Positions 20,835 to 57,732 of a DNA stretch of 64,000 bases are shown piece after piece. Each line of letters begins with the position of its first letter. Positions within the stretch are counted from its first letter, which is position 1. The notes below the pieces were generated by a model, which worked only from the letters and a program-made list of their open reading frames with translations, was not told where the DNA came from and made no database searches. A program made the translations under genes and the position numbers. Source of the DNA: Octopus bimaculoides (lineage: Eukaryota); the NCBI RefSeq assembly GCF_001194135.2, contig NC_068998.1, positions 10,784,567-10,848,566 of the forward strand, read 5' to 3'.

Positions 20835-21567
20835 TGATTGTGACAGGATGTTACATATATTTGTATCCCTTATGCAGTTCTCATATTTTGTCATTGCAAT
20901 TAAGGTTTTCACTGCGTTCAACTTTCTTCCTTTGAGAGGGAAAATGTAATGTATATCTATAATCAGTGCAAATGAGAAAATATAACGAAGGGAGAGAACT
21001 TAGAATGTTTTCAAAATCTGGTTGAGGGGAGATAAGCGTTTTGCGATGAGAGTTGAAATGACGTTGCCTAGACAACTGTTCTCTTTTTAACGGATTGGCG
21101 TTGATAGTAAAAATTTTTTAAAAAAAGATTAAAAGAGAGCTGCATACGGATCGGACCGTTTACAACATATCTTTGAACAATCAAATACTGGACATTAAAT
21201 TCTTTGGATATTTAACTTATTTGCAAATGGATCACTAAAATATCAAATATATCCTTTAATTGACTTATATAAAATACATTTTTGTTACATAATTTCATCC
21301 TTGAATGTTAATTCACTGATTTTACAATTTTGTTACTACGTTCAGAAGTTCATCTCTTTTTATACCTAAGAATTTGCCTGATCGTAACGACACATACATA
21401 CATACACACACATACATACAAACATGAATGCATGTATGCATACATACATATTCTTTTTCGTTTCTCTATTGTTTGCCCAAAATTAAAAATGTTGGGTTTT
21501 CTATTCTTACCTTGACAATGATGAAACGTTTTTACAGTATGACAGCAGGATGGAAGATTCAAAATGA

Positions 21568-21902
21568 ATACTAATATTTGCAAGTGACAAAGCACTTCGA
21601 CAGTTAAAACGGCACAGGAACTGGGTGGCAGATGGAACATTTAAGTGCAGCTCTGGTATATTTGTTTTGGTTATATATACTTCACATTAAAATTGATAAT
21701 TTTGATGTCCCACAATTGTTTGCATTGCTCTCTGACAGAAGTCAAAACACATATAGAAGACTTTTAACCAAAATAAATGACTTACTGCAGAATGAGGGAC
21801 TTGGTGATATAATTATGGATTTCAAAAAAGCAGCACATAACAGATTTCTGGAATCGTTTCTTGGGTCGAATTTGGCATGCTGCTCGTTTCATTTAGGACA
21901 AA
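21568..21902 (+). pseudogene. MULE (Mutator-like) transposase remnant
   Basis: ILIFASDKALRQLKRHRNWVADGTFKC, frameshift, then LYILHI...VPQLFALL...TYRRLL...IIMDFKKAA...CCSFHLGQ (DGT, DFx and CxFH motifs). Confidence 0.8.
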
Positions 21903-22216
21903 AGACACCTTTCATTCTGCTTGCAGCACCAAGGTGAAGATGGTGGCCAAAATCATGGTATTCAAAGATATTCCAAGGACACAGTGAGGAAGATATGTGC
22001 CTGGTTCTAGCAGAGTCTTGGGACTGTGGTGGAAGCAGAGGCCAGTTACTTTAAGTGAACTGTTATCTCACAGCTGTAGTCAAGCTGATATTTTTTGATT
22101 TTTCAAAATAATTTTATTTTTGAATGGGATATTGTATTTTCTTTTATGCAAACTGTCACATTTAGTCCAAATATCTGTGTATGGTGTGTGTGTGTGTATG
22201 TATGTTTTCTATATAT

Positions 22217-22813
22217 CAGGTTGAGTAAAAAGTAAGCAACGCTTTGAACTATGAAGAATTTGTACTGGATTTTTACAGAGGTTTGAATTTTTTTTTAAAC
22301 ATTTTTTTGAAATTGTCTAATAATAATACAGACATAGACTTGCCCAAATGTATCAATTAACATTGATATTATTTTCACCATTGTTACAATTATCTCAATG
22401 GAACTGTCAAAGCACAATATTCGAGCATTTTTGCTATTCAACTTCAAAGGACATAAAGCAGCTGAAACTGGTCATGTTATCAACAAAATGTTTGGTGAGG
22501 AAATGGTTTAAACAATTTTGCAGTGGAGACCTGAACCTTGAAGAACATGAGCATAGTGGATGCCCCTCTGTCATTAATGACGGTCAATTAAAGACCGTCA
22601 TTGAGAAAGATTCACATAAAACCACTGGAGAGCTGGCAAAAGAACTTCAAGTTAACCAGAAAACTGCCTGCAACCATTTGCATGTGATTGGAAAATCAAA
22701 AACTCTCGACAGATGGGTACCACATGATTTGAATGAAAATCAGAAAATGTGCAGATATGAAATTTGCTCATCGCTTCTTCTCTGTAACCAGACTGATCCA
22801 ATTCTTAACCGTC

Positions 22814-22815
<2 letters not shown>
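22217..22815 (+). mobile_element. Mariner transposon remnant (left TIR plus N-terminal transposase), truncated by microsatellite and gap
   Basis: TA-CAGGTTGAG start; HKAAET..., WFKQFCSGDLNLEEHEHSGCP, TTGELAKELQVNQKT, RWVPHDL. Confidence 0.85.
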
Positions 22816-22857
<42 letters not shown>

Positions 22858-24209
22858 ATATGTTTGTGTGTCTGTGTTTGTCCCCCCAACTTTGCTTGAC
22901 NNNNNNNNNNNNNNNNNNNNNNNNNNNNNNNNNNNNNNNNNNNNNNNNNNNNNNNNNNNNNNNNNNNNNNNNNNNNNNNNNNNNNNNNNNNNNNNNNNNN
23001 NNNNNNNNNNNNNNNNNNNNNNNNNNNNNNNNNNNNNNNNNNNNNNNNNNNNNNNNNNNNNNNNNNNNNNNNNNNNNNNNNNNNNNNNNNNNNNNNNNNN
23101 NNNNNNNNNNNNNNNNNNNNNNNNNNNNNNNNNNNNNNNNNNNNNNNNNNNNNNNNNNNNNNNNNNNNNNNNNNNNNNNNNNNNNNNNNNNNNNNNNNNN
23201 NNNNNNNNNNNNNNNNNNNNNNNNNNNNNNNNNNNNNNNNNNNNNNNNNNNNNNNNNNNNNNNNNNNNNNNNNNNNNNNNNNNNNNNNNNNNNNNNNNNN
23301 NNNNNNNNNNNNNNNNNNNNNNNNNNNNNNNNNNNNNNNNNNNNNNNNNNNNNNNNNNNNNNNNNNNNNNNNNNNNNNNNNNNNNNNNNNNNNNNNNNNN
23401 NNNNNNNNNNNNNNNNNNNNNNNNNNNNNNNNNNNNNNNNNNNNNNNNNNNNNNNNNNNNNNNNNNNNNNNNNNNNNNNNNNNNNNNNNNNNNNNNNNNN
23501 NNNNNNNNNNNNNNNNNNNNNNNNNNNNNNNNNNNNNNNNNNNNNNNNNNNNNNNNNNNNNNNNNNNNNNNNNNNNNNNNNNNNNNNNNNNNNNNNNNNN
23601 NNNNNNNNNNNNNNNNNNNNNNNNNNNNNNNNNNNNNNNNNNNNNNNNNNNNNNNNNNNNNNNNNNNNNNNNNNNNNNNNNNNNNNNNNNNNNNNNNNNN
23701 NNNNNNNNNNNNNNNNNNNNNNNNNNNNNNNNNNNNNNNNNNNNNNNNNNAAAAGTTGATTACATAACTTTAATAAGGTGGAGAATATTTGATGGAAGAT
23801 GAAAAATAAAAAAATGTTTTTTTTTTAAAAATAATCAAAAGGGGCTTCAGCCAGGGTTTGTGGGCTGTTGCTGCTGCTTAATACTTAGTTTAGATTTTTA
23901 TAAGATGACAGTAGCCTTCCAATGGAACATGGCTGAACTTACACATTATTTCCCTGGATGTTTTATTACTCAAATAGGTATTAAGCAATAATGGATACCC
24001 ATTATAAAAAAAAAAAAACTAAAATAAAAAAANNNNNNNNNNNNNNNNNNNNNNNNNNNNNNNNNNNNNNNNNNNNNNNNNNNNNNNNNNNNNNNNNNNN
24101 NNNNNNNNNNNNNNNNNNNNNNNNNNNNNNNNNNNNNNNNNNNNNNNNNNNNNNNNNNNNNNNNNNNNNNNNNNNNNNNNNNNNNNNNNNNNNNNNNNNN
24201 NNNNNNNNN

Positions 24210-24240
<31 letters not shown>

Positions 24241-24312
24241 TAATTAGAGCTTATTATTAACAATAACTCACATTAATACAGAAGGAAAATGTAGTGCTAG
24301 TGAGCTACATTT

Positions 24313-25478
24313 GAAATATTATTATGGAGGCAACACAGGCAAAATCTAGAACATAATTGAAACAGGCATCCAAAATTTATATAAATACATATATTCTCTA
24401 TAAAATGGAAATAAAATTCTAAAATACACAAATATATATAAATAGACAATATCAATGCAATACATAAAACATGACTGAATTTACATAAAAACGATTGGAT
24501 TTAAGAAAATATCATTTTTAAGTACATTTAAAATCATATATTGTATAATGAAATTAAAAATTTAACTTGAAAAGATATACAGGGTGTCCACAAGGTCTGG
24601 GTACATGGAGTAAATAAAATCACAACATAAACAATTAAATATAAGAAATAATAATTTCTTAAAGTATGTGTTAATCCCCATGTGGGTACATGGANNNNNN
24701 NNNNTGGAGTAAATAAAATCACAACATAAACAATTAAATATAAGAAATAATAATTTCTTAAAGTATGTGTTAATCCCCATGTGGGTACATGGAGTAAATA
24801 AAATCACAACATAAACAATTAAATATACGAAATAATAATTACTTAAAGTAAGTGTTAATCCTCATGTACCCAGACTTTGTGGACACCCTGTAGTATTAAA
24901 AAGACATATTAAAAACCAATGAAAGAAAAAATATATAAACATCACATCTACAGGCCATTTCAGAGATGTGCCAAGGAATATGACATATACCATATTATTC
25001 ATCATGGTACTCCCCTCATCAGGATGTTACACAAAGTTCATAAATACATCTAGATACCAGGGCCGGTCAACCGTCAGCGGCGATGTAACATATGCCATGA
25101 TGAATAATATGGTATATGTCATATTCCTTGGCACATCTCTGAAACGGCCCGTAGATGTGATGGTTATATATTTTTTCTTTCGTTGGTTTTAATATGTCTT
25201 TAATACTATATCCTTTCAAGTTAAATTTTTAATTTCATCATACAATATATGATTTTAAATGTACTTAGAAATTATATTTTCTTAAATCCAATCGTTTTTA
25301 TGTAAATTCAGTCATGTTTTATGCATTGCATTGATATTGTCTATTTATATATATATTTATGTATTTTGGAATTTTATTTCCATTTTATAGAGAATATATG
25401 TATTTATATAAGTTTTGGATGCGTGTTTTAATTATGTTCTTCTAGACTTCGTCTGTGTTGCCTCCATAATAATATTTC
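24313..25478. mobile_element. Large foldback element (arms of about 380-400 bp once the nested MITE is removed)
   Basis: 24313-~25008 minus the insertion is the reverse complement of ~25080-25478. Confidence 0.8.
24580..24890. mobile_element. Tc1/mariner-type MITE with internal 85-bp tandem repeats
   Basis: TIRs CAGGGTGTCCACAAGGTCTGGGTACAT / ATGTACCCAGACTTTGTGGACACCCTG; TA duplication; the opposite foldback arm shows the empty site. Confidence 0.88.
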
Positions 25479-25597
25479 GTATATATATCTAAATATATAC
25501 ACACACACATATATATGTATATATATATATATATATATATCTACACATATATATATATATATATATATANNNNNNNNNNNNNNNNNNNNNTATATCT

Positions 25598-25641
<44 letters not shown>

Positions 25642-26702
25642 GTTTCTACATATATACATACATACACATATGTATATATACACGTATATATATACATATA
25701 TATATATAATGAGCTGGTGGGAAATTTTCATGATAGAAGAATATCAAGGAACTGATAGTTGCTTTCATATAATATTACTGAAAGAATTATCTTGAGTTGG
25801 TTTGACAAAAGCGTCCAAGAGACCAAAGCTATTATCTCCTTATACAGTAACAGAAACCCTGCTAGGGAAATTATAACTCAAACATGATAGCTAAGAATGG
25901 ATACAGTTTTATTATCCAAGCACAAAGTTCAAAAAAAAAAAAAAAAAAAATCAAAGCCTAAAACAAAAAAAAGTGGTGTAAGGTGGAATGTGGTTAAGAA
26001 CAAATACCAGTGGTTGGGTAAAATCAAAACAAAACAAAAAAAAAAAAGAGAAAGGAACAATAGAAAAATAAAAAAATACAAACAAAAGGGGGGGAAGATA
26101 AAAACTAGAAGATAACTAAGTTTTTAATGGTAGCTAAAAAAATGTAACAAAAATAAAAATAAAATCCAAAGATTTTTTTAGGGAGAAATTCAGTTAAGAG
26201 AGTAAAAAAAGTTATTTTGCAGCATAGCTGTGGTAGAACAGTCTGGAAGAAGTGTTGTTAGATGTAGGGTGACAAGTGCTATTGGTTAGGTGCCACTCAC
26301 AGTCGCTACATCAATACACTAGAGAAAGGCAAGCTAACAGGACTGATCAAATGCATTTTTCATTGTAAAAATTTTGTATTATAGGGAACAAAAAAAAAAA
26401 AAAATTTCAAAAACATATTTCATCTTATTTACATATGTATTTAAAAGTTTGCCATGATGTTGTTATTATTTTTTAATTTAAAAAATTTATTTTCATTTTA
26501 CATTCAAATGTTCAGATTTTAATGTGTTTTTTTTTTGTTCTTTTTTTTTCCAACCAAGACATTCTTTCAATAGCAGAAGCTTAGCAAATTAACTTATATC
26601 TTTCATTGCTTTTTTTTTTTTCAAATTTTTAATTACAAAATAGGTAGGGGATGGGAGAAGAAAAAAAAACTAAAAAAAAAAAAAAAAGGAAGGATGTTTA
26701 AC

Positions 26703-50578
<23,876 letters not shown>

Positions 50579-50598
50579 CTGAAATGAGAAAGGAAGAA

Positions 50599-50635
<37 letters not shown>

Positions 50636-50822
50636 TCTACTGGAAGCACAAGGCCTCAAATTTGGGGGAAGGGATTAAGTCGATTACTTATTTAATTGAC
50701 CCCGAAAGGATGAAAGGCAAAGTCGACCCCAGCAGAATTTGAACCCAGCATGTGGCAGCAGACAAAATACCGCTAAGCATTTCGTCCCGCATGCTAACGA
50801 TTCTGCCAGCTCTCCACCTTAA

Positions 50823-50824
50823 TC

Positions 50825-50871
<47 letters not shown>
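50823..50871. repeat. (AAT)n microsatellite / SINE tail
   Basis: Directly visible downstream of a family A SINE. Confidence 0.95.
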
Positions 50872-53800
50872 CAATGTGAGACCTCTGACATGTTGCTGTC
50901 TGTTTTCACAGAATCAAAGCAGAGCAAATGAAGTCAAGAGCTCTGAAAAGTAAAATAATAATAATAATCCTTTCTACTATAGGCACAAGGTCTGAAGTTT
51001 TGGGGAGGGGGATAGTCGATTACATCAGCCTCAGTATTCAACTGGTACTTATTTTATCAACCCCTGCAAAAATGAAAGGCAAAGTTGACCCTGGCAGAAT
51101 TTGAACTCAGAACCTAAGGACAGGTGAAATGCCACGAAGCATTTTGCCCAGCGTGCGAATGATTCTGCCAACTCACCACCCTAATAATAATAGTAGTAGT
51201 AGTAGTAGTAGTAGTAGTAGAGCAGAGATACAAGCAAGAATAGTACAACTCTATAGTAAAAGAAGAAAAAAAGTAAATAAAAAGAGCCTCTATGTAGTAA
51301 GCCACACTGATAGAAATAAATGAACAAACATTCTTTTAACACACATTTCACTAAGGACGATGACTTGACAGAAATGGTCAATCATCAAACTGAATACATT
51401 ACAATATTGAGTATGGGTACAGAGGTGACCACCCTGTACCATCACCGCTGCCACCACCATCAGAGTATATCTAAAATTACACCGTTCAATGTGCCCTTTT
51501 TTAAGACACTACTTACTTTAACCCCTTTACTGCCAATGAAGGATAAGCTATCATTGGCTTTTCTACACTGTTCTCTACTCTTTTCTGCTTCTCTTCATTT
51601 GGATCCCCCACTTCCTTGCAGTTTCCTTTTGGATTTTGTCACACCATGTTATATGTTTCACTGAGGAAAGACTTTCCTCTCACAGGTTTTGTTGGTTCTT
51701 GAATTGTCATTGGTGTTTTTGTAACTTATCTTTTTTCTAGGTAGAGGTACACACACACACACACACACGTCTGTCTTTGCATTTGTGTCCCATCTCCCTC
51801 TTATTACTCCCAATCATCTTAAAAAAGACAATAGGGAATAATAAAAGAGATTTGGCTACTATTTCTAGCAAGTCAAATTATTGTGTATTGAACTCCAAAT
51901 CAATACATAACAAATGTTGTACATTTGTTATGTATTGAACTCCTAATCAATACATGACACAAATGACCGCATGAAAGCTTACACATTGACTTATAGGTAT
52001 GTAAAACACTACAGAAAGCACCGCTTTGGATGGTCTGAGATTCATTAAGAGTGGTAGCAGATAGAATAAGTTCATATTGTCTACAAAATAGGTGTGCTTA
52101 TATATAATTGCCACAATAAGACATTGTGGGTACAGAATTTTGAGGTGTAGAAAAATCATGCATAAGTAACTTGAGGTGATGATTATGCTGTTTGGTTTGC
52201 CATAAAACTTAGATATTTAATTATATTGGTATATTGCCAATGTTTCCCGTAATTCCGTGAGACACTGAAGATTCCATTTTAATGAAAAATTGGTCATAGG
52301 TGCAAACATGACTATGTGGTAAGAAGTTTGTTTCCTAATTGAATGGTTTCAGATTCACTTCCACTGTGTGGCACTTTGGTCAAACATCTTCTACAACAGG
52401 TCCAGGCTGACCAAAGCCTTCTGAATGGAGTTGGTAGGCAGAAACTGAGAAACACATTGCATGTGTGTGTGATAGCTGTAAACAAGTGTCACCATCATGT
52501 AAGCAGTGTCCTTCGTTTCCAATCTTCCAAGATATGTCCGGTCATGGGAAAATACTACTTTGTTTGAAAACAAGCCATGATTAGTGAAAGGACGACCATC
52601 TGGCCATAGAAAATCTGCCTCGACAAATTCTGTCCGACCCATGCAAGGATAGAAAAGTGGATGTTAAAATGATGCTGGAGATGTCTATTTTATAACTATA
52701 CAAAATTATAAATTGTTTGCAAAATAAAACATTATTTTCCCATAACAGCAAAATAATTTATTTCATTTCAAACTGTTCATATTTAGTATTTTCCAGAGAT
52801 TCTTGTTTCACTTAGTTATAAACAATCTTAACAACTGATTTAACATGCATACTTCAGTGTACATCCATCCCATTAGAATTCTTTAAATGTCTTTGACAAA
52901 TGGAATGTAATCACTGATGATATCACTTTATTTTACTTTAACTCCGTTTTTTTCTTTGTTTTTTTTTTCTCTCTCTCTCTCTCACAGCCATCGGATAAAT
53001 CTTTTGCCTTTATTTTATATTATTTTGCAAACATTTTGTAGGTAACATGATTCCACTGAATTAGCACTCCACTCTTCAAGTCAAAACAGTTCACAAGAAA
53101 GTTCTACAGTAGAAGCCACGTTGACAACATTCTTTAAATTTCGTGCGCAGTTCTTTACAAGTAATTTTCTCTTGATGTAAGAGGAATTCATCTAGCACTG
53201 CAACATGTGCAAGATTATAGAAAAAAAAAAAAAAAGTAAAAAGCATATCTTATAAGTGCATTGCACAGAGTGTTAAGTTTTCTGATTCCTTGCCAAGAAA
53301 ATCTCAACAGATTCTGCAGAATTCTCATGTTTGTCCTTTAAGCAAGACTGTTCTGTAAACAAATATCCCTGCTGGTAAAAGCACTAAATTCAAGCCAATG
53401 AAGGAACATGATCACTCGACATGTTACAAAAAATGACTATTATCTTTTAAAAAAAAATGGATCAATACACAGGATGTAGTCCTAGGTACATTATGCTTGA
53501 AAGCATGATGAGATGGTCATGGTTGAACCACTTTTCATCATATGTCTGTTGTTTGCTCTGTTTCCACACCAGTCTCATACTTGTTGGCCTCTCCACTTTA
53601 TGCACTCAGTCAAACGCAAACACACTCTCACATGCCAAGTTAAGATGACATTTAGTCCTTATAGTATTCTTTCACTCCTCTGCAAACACTACTCCTGAGA
53701 TGGTTGTAGAAGACACTTTGGCACACAGCATGCTTATTGTGAACCATGTTACGCTTATCATGAATTGATCTGTGATAACATGGGTCAGAGATCAGTCATG

Positions 53801-53923
53801 ATCAGTCAAAGATTCTGCTTGAACCACAAAAGTGCACCTCAGCAACCATTCACAATACTTGAGGACAACTTGGGATCCCAAAAGGAAACCTATTTTCCCC
53901 ATATGTTCCATTATTCATTCATC

Positions 53924-54233
53924 AAGGATGCATGAGGATTGAGAGTTGTGTTAGGTTTTAAAAAAAGGGTTAAAAGTTTGTGTTAAGCAGGAAGTGTGGT
54001 GTCAAAACAGGAAGTGTGTGTAAGGAGAGACAAATGTTTTTAGTTGGAGTTTTGAACTCTTTTTCAACAAGAACAGACATAAACTTCCTGTTGAAAAAGA
54101 GTTCAAAACTCCAACTAAAAACATTTGTCTCCCCTTACACACACTTCCTGTTTTGACACCACACTTCCTGCTTAACACAAACTTTTAACCCTTTTTTTAA
54201 ACCTAACTCAACTCTCAATTCTCATGCATCCTT
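53924..54233. repeat. ~150-bp-arm near-perfect hairpin (MITE-like)
   Basis: AAGGATGCATGAG...TTTTTCAACA [short spacer] TGTTGAAAAA...CTCATGCATCCTT. Confidence 0.9.
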
Positions 54234-57200
54234 ATTTTTCCAACCATTATATACATGGATTACCATTGAACTTCAAAAGCTCAAAGACAATATAATGTAT
54301 TGGTATATTTATTACTATGAATATATGTGTGCATGTGCGCGTATATGTATGTGTATCTTTGTCCACCCCACTACTCACTGCAACTAACAAAATGCATGTG
54401 TTTTTTACTTTATTTTTATACTTTTAAACACACTCTCATTCAACTTCCTGCTCCAATATTTCCATATGCACTTACCAAAATTTTATAGCAATATTCAGAC
54501 ATTCTTCCAGCAATAAATTACGTAATGGGGTGACATCAATACAAACATATTCTACATGCATTGACAGAGACATTCGGTCAAGACACAAAAAATTATTATC
54601 TTATAGCTTACAAATAAAATAACTTTACTGACAACAGAATTTTCACTTATGTAATTTCATGCAAAAGCGATTCAATAAATGCTATTAAATGCTTTGTGAA
54701 TTATCTGTTCTGAATTCAAACAAAAGTAATTTTTATTCACATAAAGAATATATATATATATATATTATATATATGTCTCAGCCATGGAAGGGTGAGACAT
54801 ATGCAAACAGGAGTCCCTTATATACATCATATTCTCTCTTTAACTCATTCTTATCCCTCTATTTCTCCTACCATTTGTTTACGTTAACTATATAGTATTG
54901 GTTTCTTATATACCACTAATGATAGACAGGCAGGTACATAAGTACATAGATAGTTAGATAGATGGATACATACATACATACATACATAAATGTGTATGTA
55001 TATATACATACATGTATATACACACATACAAATCTGTGTGTGTATGTGTGTCTGAAGAAAATGGAAAAAAATATAATAATTGATTATATTTAACTGTTAT
55101 TTGTCTCTTGATAATATTACTATCGTAAAAGTGTATGGTTCAACAGAAGCAATCGCTCCCTGCAAGTGTCACTTATTAATTATAGAATGAAAAGTAGAAA
55201 CAAGAAAAGAAATTGGCATTTCGAAGTTAACTAAAGGGAGTTTATCATTGCATTGATTATTCATGAAGTGAGTGCATTAAGTAATTAGCTGCAAGTGGTT
55301 TTATAATCTTGGGAGTTGGCTGGCTATTATGGCATCAAATCAATAGCCCCAATGATGCTGTTTTAACACTACTGTCCCCATTTACAAAAAAAAAATAAAT
55401 AAAGCCAGTTAAGGCAGCAATGTCTGATTCATAATAAGTATAGATAGGAAGTCAAGTGTAGGAAAAGATACAGACACTTCCATAGTGTTGCCAGAACCAC
55501 AAGACACACTGATATAGCTCTTAGAGGTACAGGTATGAAGCTTGCTTCCTGACCACATGGCTAATCTATCAGTCTGTTTTGCCAAATAGCTATGTTACGG
55601 GGATGTAAACACACCAACACTGGTTACCAAGTGGTAATGGAGAACAAACATAAACACAAAAACACACACACACATATATATATATATATACGATGGGCTT
55701 TTTTCAGTTTCCATCAACCAAGTGCACTCACAAGACACTTGTCCAAGGTGCCATGCAGAAGGACTGAACCCAAACCATGTGGTTGAGAAGCAAACTTCTT
55801 ATCACACCGCCATGCCTGCACACACACACACACACATATATATTATAGAATCCACTTCTCCATGCTTGCATGGGTCAAATAGAATTTGTTGAGGCAGAAC
55901 TTTCTCTGGTCAGATGCCCTTCCTGTAGCCAACCCTCAACTGTTTCCAAGCAAGGTAGTATTTTCACATAGCTAGAAATGTTTTTCACAGAAGACTGAAA
56001 ATGACAGTAACTCTCATTTACAACCATCTTCTGGTAAAAAGACAAGGGTACATTCAAATACAGACGTCCCTAGTATTAACCAAATTTCCATTCATTCCCA
56101 TTATGTTATAGCTTTCTTTGAAACAGCCTGTTTTTACTTACTTTTTTATGCTTTATCATTAATACGTTACCTAATATGATGTTTTATGCAAACAGGAGTC
56201 CCTTATATACATCATATTCTCTCTTTAACTCATTCTTATCCCTCTATTTCTCCTACCATTTGTTTACGTTAACTATATAGTATTGGTTTCTTATATACCA
56301 CCTCTTCACGCTAAACTTCATTATGTATAGAAATTTTTTAAAAAATACATTATACTACGTAATGATTTCAACAGTTAGTTCATCTTTTAATTCAAACCTA
56401 GGAGTGTCTTTCCATTGGACATTTCTAATACATATTTGCCCTACGCTACTTATTTGGAGTTTAAATCTCTAATTTCCATACTCATTTATAGAAGGAACAT
56501 CTGCAATACCCCTTTACTTATATTTTGAGCAAGACACTTTATTTCACGTTGCTCCAGTTCACTCAGCTGTAGAAATGAGTTGCGACGTCACAGGTGCCAA
56601 GCTGTATCGGCCTTTGCTTTTCCCTTGGATAACACTGATGGCAGGGAGAGGGGAGGCTGGTATGCATGGGCGACTGCTGGCTTTCCATAAACAACCTTGC
56701 CCAGACTTGTGCCTGGGAGGGTAACTTTCTAAGTGCAATCCCATGGTCAGTCATGACCGAAGGGGGTCTCAGCATATATAAAGTAATGCTTGTAGACACC
56801 TCAACATGGCTGTTCCATATGGAACTACATTACTACCATTTTTTTTAACCCCAAGAGGACACCTCCTCCAGCTGGTTAGTAACACAACCTGTGTCCAATA
56901 TATTGCAAACAGGGGTGCAAACCCTTAGCATCTAGCAGTGACAGGATCAGTATACCAGTCTGGTTTCAGGGTATTTCCCTTCATCAATACTGGACAACCG
57001 CCTGCTAGACATGGCAGTTGTTTGTCCCAGCTAGCAACATATAGAAAAACAAATGACATTTAGCCACTGATTTTGCAACAAGCAAAGTAGCTTGTTCTAA
57101 AATCTCCATAAGAGATTAAGTAGTAACAATAGTGAAAAGTAATGTTTGTTGTCACTTCAACATGGCTGCTCAGTACAGAACTACGTTACTGTCATTTTGA

Positions 57201-57701
57201 AGTGGCAACAAACACTACTTTGCGGTATTGTTACTACTTACACCTCTAATAAACACTTTAGAACTAACTACTCTGCTTATATATNNNNNNNNNNNNNNNN
57301 NNNNNNNNNNNNNNNNNNNNNNNNNNNNNNNNNNNNNNNNNNNNNNNNNNNNNNNNNNNNNNNNNNNNNNNNNNNNNNNNNNNNNNNNNNNNNNNNNNNN
57401 NNNNNNNNNNNNNNNNNNNNNNNNNNNNNNNNNNNNNNNNNNNNNNNNNNNNNNNNNNNNNNNNNNNNNNNNNNNNNNNNNNNNNNNNNNNNNNNNNNNN
57501 NNNNNNNNNNNNNNNNNNNNNNNNNNNNNNNNNNNNNNNNNNNNNNNNNNNNNNNNNNNNNNNNNNNNNNNNNNNNNNNNNNNNNNNNTCCGTTGTCTGT
57601 AGTTCATTGTTCTAACGTCCTGTACCCTGATATGCATATATATACACATGTAGATGTAAGTATGTACATATATGTGTGTATACATGCATATATATTCTTT
57701 G

Positions 57702-57732
<31 letters not shown>

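Noticed and set aside
51947-52159. Hydrophobic ORF as the ADAM10 signal-peptide exon
   Set aside because: No phase 1 GT donor after a plausible signal peptide
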